Assembly (NCBI RefSeq): GCF_018398935.1
Contig: NZ_CP074694.1
Coordinates: 3,450,001-3,482,000, forward strand
Direction of reading: 5' to 3'
DNA: 32,000 nt
Source of the DNA: Telmatocola sphagniphila
GTDB lineage: Bacteria; Planctomycetota; Planctomycetia; Gemmatales; Gemmataceae
Shown here: one piece after another, positions 14,767-24,060 of the stretch
Layout of the letters: each line of letters opens with the position of its first letter
How positions within the stretch are numbered: position 1 is the stretch's first letter
Notes under the pieces: generated by a model
Seen by the model: the letters and a program-made list of their open reading frames with translations, nothing else
Databases searched by the model: none
What the model was told of the DNA's origin: nothing
Made by a program: the position numbers and the translations under genes

Positions 14767-16305
14767 ATGAACGAATTCCTCTCTCGAAAGCCAGAATTCA
14801 TGAACGATAAGAATGCCCCCAACCAGTTAAAATCGATCGCCCGCCGGGCCATGATGGAGCGCGGGCTGGAACCCGATTTTTCCACCACCGCTCTTGAACA
14901 GCTTCGTCTGATCACTGGCCCGTCCCGGGAAACCGGGCCTGCGATTCGGGACCAGCGTTCTTTATTGTGGTGCTCGATCGACAACGACACTTCCAAAGAT
15001 TTGGATCAACTCTCGGTTTCCGAGAAACTGCCCGACGGCAAAGTCAAAGTGTTGGTGGCCATTGCGGATGTGGATGCCGTGGTGAAAAAAGGCTCGCCGC
15101 TGGATAAGCACGCTTCGAATAACACGACCTCCGTTTATACGATGGCTCAAATCTTTCCGATGTTACCGGAGAAACTCTCCACCGATTTGACTTCTTTGAA
15201 CAAGAATGAGGATCGAATCGCCCTGGTGATCGAGATGGTGGTAGCCCCGGATGGGACGGTAACCGATTCCGATATCTATCGGGCCGTTGTGAACAACAAA
15301 TCGAAACTCGCTTACAACAGCGTGGCCGCCTGGCTGGATGGGCACGAAAAAATGCCCGATCAAATTGCCCAGGTCCCGGGTATGGAGGAACAGCTTCGTA
15401 CGCAGGATCAGATCGCTCAGGCCATGCGACAGGTCCGTTATCTGCACGGCTCGCTGGAATTGGAATCGCTGGAGCCGGAAGCCATCTTGAGCAGTGATGG
15501 CAAAATTACCGATCTGCGGTTGAATACCAAGAACCGGGCTAAAGAACTGATCGAAGACTTCATGATCGCGGCCAATGGCGTTTCGGCTCGATTTCTGGAA
15601 AAGAAGCAATGGCCGACGTTGCAGCGCGTGGTTCGTTCACCGGAACGCTGGGATCGCATTCAAAAAGTCGCGGAGGAATTCGGCGAGCATTTACCCGCTC
15701 AGCCCGATTCGAAGGCTCTTTCCGCATTTCTCACCAAACGCCGGCAGATTGATCCCCTGCGGTTCCCGGATCTGTCACTGACAATCGTCAAACTGATGGG
15801 TTCCGGAGAATATGTCGTGCAGGTGCCGGGTCAGACTTCACCCGGCCACTTCGGACTCGCGGTTCGGGAATATAGCCATTCCACGGCGCCTAATCGCCGT
15901 TTTCCCGACTTGATTACTCAGAGAATGCTCAAGGCGGCACTAACGGATAGCAAGCCGGCTTACTCGGTCGCTGAAATGAATTGGCTGGCCACTCACTGCA
16001 CCGATCGCGAAGATGCCGCCAATAAAGTCGAACGACAGGTCCGCAAATCGGCCGCCGCGCAGTTTCTATCGGATCGAATTGGGCAAGTCTTCGATGCGCT
16101 GATTACGGGTAAGAATGATAAGGGCACCTGGGTTCGAGTCATTACCCCACCCGTTGAAGGCAAGCTGACCGATACCCCCGCCGATGTCGATGTGGGGGAT
16201 CAGATCAAGGTGAAATTGACCTCGTTAAATGTGGAGCGAGGTTTCATCGATTTCACAAGAGTGGGAACCGAGAAAAAAATCGCGGTGCGTCCCAACTCGC
16301 ATTAA
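14767..16305 (+). CDS. RNB-domain 3'-5' exoribonuclease (RNase II/R family) with C-terminal S1-like domain
   Basis: It carries 'DLDQLSVSEKLPDGKVKVLVAIADV', and 'HFGLAVREYSHSTAPNRRFPDLITQRML' is the RNB catalytic motif. The C-terminal 'VFDALITGKNDKGTWVRV...GDQIKVKLTSLNVERGFIDF' is S1-like. Confidence 0.88.
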   Translation: MNEFLSRKPEFMNDKNAPNQLKSIARRAMMERGLEPDFSTTALEQLRLITGPSRETGPAIRDQRSLLWCSIDNDTSKDLDQLSVSEKLPDGKVKVLVAIADVDAVVKKGSPLDKHASNNTTSVYTMAQIFPMLPEKLSTDLTSLNKNEDRIALVIEMVVAPDGTVTDSDIYRAVVNNKSKLAYNSVAAWLDGHEKMPDQIAQVPGMEEQLRTQDQIAQAMRQVRYLHGSLELESLEPEAILSSDGKITDLRLNTKNRAKELIEDFMIAANGVSARFLEKKQWPTLQRVVRSPERWDRIQKVAEEFGEHLPAQPDSKALSAFLTKRRQIDPLRFPDLSLTIVKLMGSGEYVVQVPGQTSPGHFGLAVREYSHSTAPNRRFPDLITQRMLKAALTDSKPAYSVAEMNWLATHCTDREDAANKVERQVRKSAAAQFLSDRIGQVFDALITGKNDKGTWVRVITPPVEGKLTDTPADVDVGDQIKVKLTSLNVERGFIDFTRVGTEKKIAVRPNSH

Positions 16306-17168
16306 GGATTAACAACTTTCTTTTCAGGTCGGATCCAGCACTGATCGCCGAAACACTTGATGAGGATCGAAGCGGCCTCTTCCGGTGAGTCGGTGATCTG
16401 GACCAGATCCAGATCGCCTGCATCAATTTTTCCTTCGGTGAGAACGGGATTGCGAATCCAATCGAACAATCCCTTCCAGTAGGCCGTCCCGAACAGAACC
16501 ACGGGGAATTGCTGGATCTTTTTGGTCTGGATGAGCGTGAGGGCTTCGAACAACTCATCCAAGGTTCCAAAACCTCCCGGGAATAACACAAAACCTTCGG
16601 CGTACTTCATGAACATCGTCTTGCGGCAGAAGAAGTAGCGGAAGTTGATCGAGATGTCGACGTAAGAGTTAACCGACTGTTCATGCGGCAGTTCGATGTT
16701 GCAACCGATGGATAATCCACCCGCTTCTTTAGCGCCACGATTGGCCGCTTCCATGATTCCGGGCCCACCCCCTGTAATCACTGCGAAACCCGCTTTAGCC
16801 AGAAGCCCAGCCACTTCCCGCGCGGCCTGATACATGGGATCATTTCTGTCGGTTCGTGCGGAACCGAAAATGGTGACTGCCGAGCCGACTTCGGCCAGAG
16901 CATCGAAGGCATGGACGAATTCACCGGTGATACGCAGAACTCGCCAGGGATCCGTATGAGTGAATTCCGCCTGGGAGGCCACCCGCGCGACCGGCGTGTT
17001 GAGCCGGGGCCGTTGCAACAGCAATTCGTCTTCCATTTTCTCGCCGGTGCGGGCGGTGCGGCTGAGCGAGACGTTGGGAATTGGCTTGTGATTCCCGTTA
17101 GTCACATTAGGTTCTGTGTCGGCCATGATCTTTCCTGGATGAAATTCAAGTTTTCGAGAGTTCTCCAT
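16302..17168 (-). CDS. LOG-family (TIGR00730-type) nucleotide 5'-monophosphate nucleosidase
   Basis: 'VITGGGPGIMEAANRGA' and 'PGGFGTLDELFEALTLIQTKK' (PGGxGTxxE) are present. An alternative ATG at 17126 is preceded by AGGAAAG. Confidence 0.88.
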   Translation of the reverse strand: MENSRKLEFHPGKIMADTEPNVTNGNHKPIPNVSLSRTARTGEKMEDELLLQRPRLNTPVARVASQAEFTHTDPWRVLRITGEFVHAFDALAEVGSAVTIFGSARTDRNDPMYQAAREVAGLLAKAGFAVITGGGPGIMEAANRGAKEAGGLSIGCNIELPHEQSVNSYVDISINFRYFFCRKTMFMKYAEGFVLFPGGFGTLDELFEALTLIQTKKIQQFPVVLFGTAYWKGLFDWIRNPVLTEGKIDAGDLDLVQITDSPEEAASILIKCFGDQCWIRPEKKVVNP

Positions 17169-17312
17169 TTTAAGAGCCGAATTGTCCAGAAATTTGCCGA
17201 TTCCGTCAATCGGAGAGCGCTGGACTGTCCGCTCTCTTCAAGGAAAAGGTGATATAAAAGAATTTTAGCCTTCCTGATTCAGCGATTTTACCCTCTAATT
17301 TCGAGCTCTCGC

Positions 17313-18761
17313 ATGATAAATCGCATTCTCCTGTCCCTTTCACTCCTTCTGCTTTTTCAAGCTTCCTCATCCGCAGGAGACCCCAAAGCGTTTCCGGGCA
17401 CGGCCACCAAATGGTCCGGGTTTGCCAAGTACGATTTTAAAGTCGGAGACAAGGAAGCCACTGTAGTGGTTCCGGAAAAGGCGCTCCCGGGTCGGCCGTG
17501 GGTCTGGCGGGGCGAATTCTTTGGAGCGTTTGCGGATGCCGATGTGGCTCTGGTGAAAGCAGGCTGGCATCTGGCCTATCTGAAAGTGCCCGATTTGTTC
17601 GGTTCGCCCAAGGCTCTGCAAGCCTGGGAAAAATTTTACACCACGATGGTGCAGGATTATGCCATGCACCCCAAGCCCGGTTTGATCGGTCTCAGCCGGG
17701 GTGGTTTGTATTGCATGAACTGGGCGGCGACGCATCCGAATAAAACGCTGGCCGTTTATCTCGATAACGCCGTGTGCGACTTCAAGAGCTGGCCGGGCGG
17801 CAAGCCAAAGAATCTCGGCGCCGGACAAGGCTCCCCTGGCGAATGGAAGAACTTACTTTCGGCCTACGATTTCAAATCGGACCAGGAAGCGATCTCTTAC
17901 AAGCTGAACCCGGTCGACAACCTCGCCCCACTTGCAAAATCTCAAATTCCCCTGCTCCTTGTGTTTGGCGATAAAGACACCGCCGTGCCGGGCAAGGAAA
18001 ATTCCGAGTTGGTTTACGATCGCTACAAGGCCCTCGGCGGTCCTGTCACTAAGATCGTGAAGCCGGGTCAGGATCACCATCCGCACGGATTGGTCGACGT
18101 CAGCCCAGTCGTTCGATTCTTTACTCGGGCTCTGCTCGGGGACAACAGCATGGCCGTGAGAGAAGAAATCGAATGGATGGATGTCTGGGTGCCGGGAAAC
18201 AGCAATAAAGATCTGCCCCGGGTGCTCTTGATCGGCGATTCGATCGTTCGGGCTTATTACAAGGAAGTGGAAGATCGGCTGAAAGGCAAAGCGGTCATTT
18301 GCCGCTTGTCCACAGCCAAGAGTCTGGGCGATCCGAGCTATCTGGATGAAGTGAAACTGGTGCTTTCTCAAACTCATTATGATGTGGTGCATTTCAACAA
18401 CGGTCTCCACGGCTTTGGATACACTGAAGAGGAATACACCTCGGCTCTACCGGAATTGCTGAAAGTGATTCGAACTAGCGCCCCGGACGCTAAGCTCATT
18501 TGGGCCAGCACCACGGCCATGCGAGTGGCCGACAAGCTGGATACTCTTTCCCCGACCACAGAACGAGTAAAAAAGCGGAACGCTAACGCCAAAAAGCTGA
18601 TGGATCAGGAATCGATTCTCGTCGATGACCTCTTCGGCGTGGTGATCAGTAATGCCGAATACTATTCCAAAGACGGCGTTCACATGAACGGTAAAGGCAA
18701 CTCGGCCTTGGGAGCCAAAGTCGCGGAAGCTCTGCTTCCCCTACTTACTAAAAAAGAATAG
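17313..18761 (+). CDS. Secreted two-domain esterase: alpha/beta-hydrolase N-domain + SGNH/GDSL hydrolase C-domain
   Basis: Signal peptide 'MINRILLSLSLLLLFQASSSA'. The N-domain has the nucleophile elbow 'GLSRGG', plus 'FGDKDTAVP' and 'DHHPHG'. The C-domain has SGNH blocks 'LLIGDSIV', 'FNNGLHG' and 'DGVHMN'. Confidence 0.85.
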   Translation: MINRILLSLSLLLLFQASSSAGDPKAFPGTATKWSGFAKYDFKVGDKEATVVVPEKALPGRPWVWRGEFFGAFADADVALVKAGWHLAYLKVPDLFGSPKALQAWEKFYTTMVQDYAMHPKPGLIGLSRGGLYCMNWAATHPNKTLAVYLDNAVCDFKSWPGGKPKNLGAGQGSPGEWKNLLSAYDFKSDQEAISYKLNPVDNLAPLAKSQIPLLLVFGDKDTAVPGKENSELVYDRYKALGGPVTKIVKPGQDHHPHGLVDVSPVVRFFTRALLGDNSMAVREEIEWMDVWVPGNSNKDLPRVLLIGDSIVRAYYKEVEDRLKGKAVICRLSTAKSLGDPSYLDEVKLVLSQTHYDVVHFNNGLHGFGYTEEEYTSALPELLKVIRTSAPDAKLIWASTTAMRVADKLDTLSPTTERVKKRNANAKKLMDQESILVDDLFGVVISNAEYYSKDGVHMNGKGNSALGAKVAEALLPLLTKKE

Positions 18762-18767
18762 CTTCTT

Positions 18768-18787
18768 CGCGGGACCAACTCCCCGCG
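18768..18787 (+). terminator. GC-rich hairpin 7 nt after the esterase stop (possible terminator)
   Basis: CGCGGG-accaactc-CCCGCG: a 6-bp GC stem and an 8-nt loop. It is followed by CCTTTGCGG, not a clean T-tract. Confidence 0.3.
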
Positions 18788-18804
18788 CCTTTGCGGAACT
18801 TTAA

Positions 18805-18832
18805 ATAATGACATCTTGTCAGTTGTCATTAT
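18805..18832. promoter_or_regulatory. Perfect 9-bp inverted repeat ATAATGACA-N10-TGTCATTAT (operator candidate)
   Basis: It lies ~50 nt upstream of the PhyH-family gene start (18881). The spacer holds a further TGTC, so GACA/TGTC half-sites recur. Confidence 0.3.
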
Positions 18833-18880
18833 ATTGTATTTTATGAACCGCCCGACCCCGGTTACCTGCTGGAAGCTTCC

Positions 18881-19660
18881 ATGATTGCACAATTGGAAAA
18901 ACCCCAAAATCTGCAGACCGATTACGAACGAGATGGATTCATCATCGTTCGCAATCTCTTTTCCGTCGATGAAATTCAAAGATTATCGGAGGAGATCGAC
19001 GCCGTTCGAAATCAGTACACTCATCTGGTTGACAAGCGGAACATGCGCTGCCGCTGGCAGGACCACTACCAGACTGGCGAGTGCCGTTTCGATGCTTTCG
19101 ATCCGATAATCGACCTCTCGCCGTTAAGCAAGGATCTCGCTTATTCTCCCAAGATGCTTGAAGTCTTGCGGGCGATGTACGGCGAACCGGCCTGTCTGTT
19201 CAAGGATAAGATCATTTTCAAGATGCCAGGCGCTAAGGGCTACGACATGCATCAGGACTGGATTGCCTGGGAACGTTTCCCGAGAAGTTTCTGTTCAGTC
19301 GTGGTGCCGCTGGATGAAGCTGATGAAGATAACGGCTGCACCATCGTTTATCCCGGCTACCATCAAAATGGCTCACTGTCGGCTGAGGATGGAAATTATC
19401 ATCCCCTGCCAGCGGGTCTGATCGACGAATCGAGTGCGGTCCCCCTGGTTTTAAATCGCGGTGATATCGCGGTGTTCAGCGGTTTTACCCCTCATAAGTC
19501 GCTGGCCAACAAATCCGACCGTCCCCGCCGGCAGTTCTACTTCAGCTACACCCGGCAATCCGATGGCGGGGAACTCCGCGAACAGCATTACAAGGACTAT
19601 CATCTTTGGCTGATTCAAAAATACCGCGAATATGGAAAACTGGATACTTACTTCGAATAA
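18881..19660 (+). CDS. Phytanoyl-CoA dioxygenase (PhyH) family Fe(II)/2-oxoglutarate oxygenase
   Basis: 'YERDGFIIVRNLFSVDEIQ', the H-x-D triad element 'MHQDW', the distal 'FTPHKSLANKSDRPRR' and the ~260-aa length all fit. Confidence 0.85.
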   Translation: MIAQLEKPQNLQTDYERDGFIIVRNLFSVDEIQRLSEEIDAVRNQYTHLVDKRNMRCRWQDHYQTGECRFDAFDPIIDLSPLSKDLAYSPKMLEVLRAMYGEPACLFKDKIIFKMPGAKGYDMHQDWIAWERFPRSFCSVVVPLDEADEDNGCTIVYPGYHQNGSLSAEDGNYHPLPAGLIDESSAVPLVLNRGDIAVFSGFTPHKSLANKSDRPRRQFYFSYTRQSDGGELREQHYKDYHLWLIQKYREYGKLDTYFE

Positions 19661-19886
19661 ACCAGCGTGAGCAAACGGCCGAGCATTTTTTCACTTTATT
19701 CAACCACTCCTATCTCTTCGGGTGCTACATTGCAGTATCCGGAGAAATAGACTTGAACCCGTTCGGTATTTCGACGATAATAATTATGTATTTTTGAACC
19801 TGCCTTTACGATTTTTAACTTCCTGCCTCGAACCGGTTAAACCGGGTCTTTTTAGTTTTTCTGCGGATTCACTGGGGCTTCCTACC

Positions 19887-21512
19887 ATGCGGATTTTCCG
19901 TCTGCTCCTGGCTGCGGTTTGTCTTTTGCTTGCTTTTCAGCCGGTGAACGCAGGGGATCTTTTGCCCGCCGAGCAGAGCATCGACCGGGCTATCAATCAT
20001 TACGTTCAGGAATTGCTTCAGAAGGACCACCTCCAGCCCGCGGCGCTGGCGGACGATGCCACGATTATTCGCCGGCTCACACTCGATCTGGTCGGCCGCA
20101 TTCCCACACCTGCCGAAACCCAAGCCTATGTCGACTCGAAGGATAGCAACAAAAAGATTCAACTCGTCGATCATTTGATGGCTTCTCCCGGTTTTATCCG
20201 GCATCAGGCCGCCCAGTTCGATGCGATGATGGCTCCCACCGGCAACCCCGGTAGCGGACGGCTATCTGCCTACTTCAATGAGGCTTTGAAAGCTAACAAA
20301 TCGTGGAAACAGATTTTCCAGGATCTTCTGTTACCGAATGAAAATGATCCGAAGCAGAAGGGCTCGATCGAATTTCTGAAAGCCCGAGTGAGTGATCTCG
20401 ATCGCTTGACCATCGACGTCAGCGTGCTTTTCTTCGGTGTAAATGTCAGTTGTGCCCAATGCCACAACCACCCGCTGGTACAGGACTGGAAGCAAGATCA
20501 TTTCTATGGGATGAAGAGCTTCTTTATTCGGACCGTCGATAATGGAGGCACCATCGCGGAGAAGGAATTCGGCCAGCTGAAATTCAAGCCGAATAAGGGG
20601 TCGGAAAAACCGGCCACACCGCTGTTTCTCAGTGGAGACAAAATCGAGTTGGCCAACTTCCGCGAACCGACCAGCGAAGAACAGAAAAAAGATAAAGAGC
20701 GATTAGAAAAGAACAAAGCGAACAAAACCGCCCCCACCCCGCCAGCCGTCAGTGCCCGGGCCAAGCTTTTCGAAGTTGCATTAAAGCCAGGCAATTCGCA
20801 GTTTTTCAACAAAGCCATTGTCAATCGCCTCTGGCATCGCTTTTTCGGCTACGGGTTGGTGACCCCGCTCGACCAGATGCATTCCGAGAATCCACCGAAT
20901 CATCCCGATTTGTTAGAGTGGCTCGCCCGGGATATGGTTGGCCACAATTACGATCTCAAGCGACTGATCCGCGGCATCGTCCTTAGTGAACCCTACGCCC
21001 GCAGCAGCCAGTATGCCGGCACTGCTCCGCCCGATCCGAAATATTTCGCCGTGGCCCGATTGAAGGCGCTGACACCGATGCAGTATGCGGTCTCTCTGAA
21101 AATTGCCACGACCGATCCGGCTAGCTTTGAAAAGCAGAAACCCGAAGCCCTGGAAAAGAAAATCGAACAGCTCGAAGGTGCCGCCCGAGGGTTTGCTTCC
21201 CTGATCGCAATGCCCAGCGATGATTTCCAAATCGGTGTCAACGAAGCTTTGCTCTTCAGCAATAATGGCCGGGTGGTGGGAGATTTCCTCGGGGAAGGTC
21301 AGGGAACTTTGATCGCCCGAATGATGGGATCTCCAGATTCCAAGCAGGCGATTGAACTGGCCGTGCGGAGTATTTTTTGCCGACCGGCTACGAATGAGGA
21401 AATCCAACTCTTTGCCGATTATTTGCAAAAGCGGACCGATCGCAGCAAAGAGGCGTATCGTCAGCTCGTCTGGGCGATGATCAGCAGTGCGGAACTTCGA
21501 TTCAACTACTAA
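19887..21512 (+). CDS. DUF1549/DUF1553 domain protein (planctomycete PSD-type, no N-terminal cytochrome domain)
   Basis: The ATG at 19887 gives signal 'MRIFRLLLAAVCLLLAFQPVNA'; the track start at 19722 adds a non-protein-like leader. 'IIRRLTLDLVGRIPTPAETQAYV' and 'CAQCHNHP' indicate DUF1549. 'NRLWHRFFGYGLVTPLDQM...HPDLLEWLA' indicates DUF1553. Confidence 0.9.
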   Translation: MRIFRLLLAAVCLLLAFQPVNAGDLLPAEQSIDRAINHYVQELLQKDHLQPAALADDATIIRRLTLDLVGRIPTPAETQAYVDSKDSNKKIQLVDHLMASPGFIRHQAAQFDAMMAPTGNPGSGRLSAYFNEALKANKSWKQIFQDLLLPNENDPKQKGSIEFLKARVSDLDRLTIDVSVLFFGVNVSCAQCHNHPLVQDWKQDHFYGMKSFFIRTVDNGGTIAEKEFGQLKFKPNKGSEKPATPLFLSGDKIELANFREPTSEEQKKDKERLEKNKANKTAPTPPAVSARAKLFEVALKPGNSQFFNKAIVNRLWHRFFGYGLVTPLDQMHSENPPNHPDLLEWLARDMVGHNYDLKRLIRGIVLSEPYARSSQYAGTAPPDPKYFAVARLKALTPMQYAVSLKIATTDPASFEKQKPEALEKKIEQLEGAARGFASLIAMPSDDFQIGVNEALLFSNNGRVVGDFLGEGQGTLIARMMGSPDSKQAIELAVRSIFCRPATNEEIQLFADYLQKRTDRSKEAYRQLVWAMISSAELRFNY

Positions 21513-21553
21513 TTCAATACTTCCGGGCTAACGCCGGGGTAAAGGATAGATCC

Positions 21554-22855
21554 ATGCGGAAGACTTATTGCGGTTCGCACGAACATGGCTACAACCGGCG
21601 AGCGTTCCTCGGGGGCGCCCTGGCAGCAGGAGCGGCCGCGTTCACCGACATGACGCAGCTGAATTCGCTGGCCCACTCCGCCATGGCGGGAGAACTGAAA
21701 AAACAGCAGAAACGCGTGATCATGCTCTGGCTGGCGGGTGGAGCGAGTCAGCTGGAGACTTTCGATCCGAAGCCAGGCGCCTCGACGGGTGGGCCGTTTC
21801 GATCTATCCAGACCGATATTCCGGGTGTGCGGATCAGCGAACTGATGCCGAAGATGGCCCAAAGATTGAAGCACACCTGCATCATCCGTTCGCTCGACAC
21901 GAAAAATGGCGATCATGGCTCCGGCGCCCAATTGATGATGCGCGGCCGACGCAACGAAGCCACGATTAACTATCCCGATCTCGGGGCTATTCTGGCTCGC
22001 GAAATGGGACGGGCCGACAGCAAAGTCCCCGATTATGTTTCTTTCTACACCCAAACGGAAGGACGCGGGGCGGCTCCCGGTGATCCCGGTTTTCTGGGCT
22101 CCCGATACGCTCCGATGGAATTGACCGCCAGCATGATGCCGGAAAATCTCAAAATGCTCAACGGCATCACGGAACTGGATCATCAACAGCGGGCCGATCT
22201 CCGTGAATTGATCAGCAAGAAATTTTCCAAGGATCGCACTTCGGTAACGCTCGGCAGCCATAACGAAGCTTACCAGCGCGTTCGCGGATTAATGGCCAGC
22301 GAAAAATTGTTCGACATCAATCAGGAATCGCAATCGGTCCGCGACAAATATGGACCGACGCAATTCGGGGAACAGGCTCTGGTCGCCAGACGATTGGTGG
22401 AAGCCGGTGTGCCTTTCGTCCGAGTCGGCCGAGCCTGGTGGGATAGCCACGGCCAGAATTTTGAAACGCACCAGGAGATGGTCCCCGAACTCGACCATGT
22501 GATGGCTACGCTGATCGACGACCTGAAAGAACGCGGCCTGCTCGAAAATACGATGATTATCACCCTTTCGGAATTTGGTCGCACGCCAGGAATTAATGCG
22601 AGCCTGGGCCGGGATCACTTCGCCTCCGCCTGGTCCACCACCCTCACCGGCTGCGGGATCAAAGGGGGAGTTTGTTACGGCAAGAGCGATGCCAAGGGAG
22701 AACGAGTCGTCGAAGGGGCCATGGATGCGGGCTCTCTCTTCGCCACGATTTATCGAGCGTTGGGCATCGACCCTCAGAAGGAGTACTTCATCGGGGATCG
22801 ACCGGTGCCGTTGGTGAATCCTGGTGTCAAAGAAGTGGAAACCCTGCTGACCTAA
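21554..22855 (+). CDS. DUF1501 protein (sulfatase-like fold) with TAT signal
   Basis: Twin-arginine signal 'NRRAFLGGALAAGAAAF', then 'VIMLWLAGGASQLETFDPKP', 'WDSHGQNF' and 'TLSEFGRTP'. It is the canonical partner of DUF1549/1553 genes. Confidence 0.92.
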   Translation: MRKTYCGSHEHGYNRRAFLGGALAAGAAAFTDMTQLNSLAHSAMAGELKKQQKRVIMLWLAGGASQLETFDPKPGASTGGPFRSIQTDIPGVRISELMPKMAQRLKHTCIIRSLDTKNGDHGSGAQLMMRGRRNEATINYPDLGAILAREMGRADSKVPDYVSFYTQTEGRGAAPGDPGFLGSRYAPMELTASMMPENLKMLNGITELDHQQRADLRELISKKFSKDRTSVTLGSHNEAYQRVRGLMASEKLFDINQESQSVRDKYGPTQFGEQALVARRLVEAGVPFVRVGRAWWDSHGQNFETHQEMVPELDHVMATLIDDLKERGLLENTMIITLSEFGRTPGINASLGRDHFASAWSTTLTGCGIKGGVCYGKSDAKGERVVEGAMDAGSLFATIYRALGIDPQKEYFIGDRPVPLVNPGVKEVETLLT

Positions 22856-22907
22856 GCCGGCTTTCGAAGTCGAATCCGCCATACGAAACGAATTCCCGGG
22901 AGTATCG

Positions 22908-23909
22908 ATGTCTGCCAATCCCGACAAGTTGAAGCTGATCAAGGAACATTCCCTGAAAATGATTTGCTTTGGCATCGCACAAGTGCCGAAGAGCTCTCGC
23001 TTTTATCTGGGCGGTTCCGATTTCAAAGTCTATGAAGTCGACTTGGCGGCAAACAAATTTGAACCCGCCGAAAAGTACGCCCACGAGAGCTACGTGACGA
23101 CGCTGGCCCTGTCCGGCAACCAACTCGTGTCCGGCGGTTACGACGGCAAACTCATCTGGTGGGATACGGAAGCGAAAAAGCAGATCCGCTCCATCGAAGG
23201 GCATAGCCGGTGGATACGTAAGATCGCGCTGAGCCCCGACGGCAAAATTTTGGCTAGCGTGGCCGATGACATGGTATGCCGAATCTGGGATCTACAAACC
23301 GGCAAAAAGATTCGGGAATTACGAGGCCACGCCGAGAAGACCCCGAGCCATTTCGATTCGATGCTATATGCCGTTGCGTTTTCCCCGGATGGTAAGTGGC
23401 TCGCCACGGCGGATAAGATCGGTCATATCGTGCTCTGGGACCTGGAAAGCGGCAAACAGCTTTATAGTTTGGAAGCCCCGGTGATGTACACCTGGGACAA
23501 GGTGCAGCGACTCCATTCCATTGGAGGCATCCGATCTTTGGCTTTTTCACCGAATGGAAAGCTGCTGGCCGTCGGCGGTACGGGAAAAATCGGGAACATC
23601 GATCACCTGGAAGCAAAAGTTCGCATCGAAATCTTCGACCTGGAAGCCAAGAAGCAGATCGGCGAATACGTCGGCGACAAGTCGCAAGGATTGATCAATC
23701 ACATGCAATTTGCCCCCGATGGCACCTGGCTGATTGGTGCCGGCGGGGCCAACGACGGCTGTATGGTGTTCCTGAGCGTGAAGGACAAAAAATTCCTTCG
23801 GCAGGAAAAAATGGGAATGCACGTGCACCAGTTCCTGACCAACGAAGCGGCCGACACGATCTGGAGCGTCGGTCACAACCGGCTAGCCATCCACGAATTG
23901 AAGGCGTAA
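22908..23909 (+). CDS. WD40-repeat protein (no signal peptide)
   Basis: There are repeated 'GH...SPDGK.LA....D....WD' units: 'LIWWDTEAK', 'VCRIWDLQTG' and 'HIVLWDLESG'. Confidence 0.85.
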   Translation: MSANPDKLKLIKEHSLKMICFGIAQVPKSSRFYLGGSDFKVYEVDLAANKFEPAEKYAHESYVTTLALSGNQLVSGGYDGKLIWWDTEAKKQIRSIEGHSRWIRKIALSPDGKILASVADDMVCRIWDLQTGKKIRELRGHAEKTPSHFDSMLYAVAFSPDGKWLATADKIGHIVLWDLESGKQLYSLEAPVMYTWDKVQRLHSIGGIRSLAFSPNGKLLAVGGTGKIGNIDHLEAKVRIEIFDLEAKKQIGEYVGDKSQGLINHMQFAPDGTWLIGAGGANDGCMVFLSVKDKKFLRQEKMGMHVHQFLTNEAADTIWSVGHNRLAIHELKA

Positions 23910-24060
23910 CAAGCGTTATTCTTTGTTAGCACGAAACGTAAGTGAGGGCACCAAAAAGCGAATCATGCCCTTTATCAAATCATTCGCCGATCTGGTTGCG
24001 AATTGTCAGCAAATTAAGATCGAAAGGTTTCGTGGCGCTGCTGGTGGCGCTATACACACA

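Noticed and set aside
16302-16305. Convergent RNB and LOG genes overlap by 4 nt, sharing TTAA as both stop codons
   Set aside because: It is real in the sequence, but it is a common compact-genome arrangement with no evident functional implication.
19722-19886. 55-codon upstream extension of the DUF1549/1553 ORF
   Set aside because: The extension is not protein-like. A canonical signal peptide begins at the ATG at 19887.
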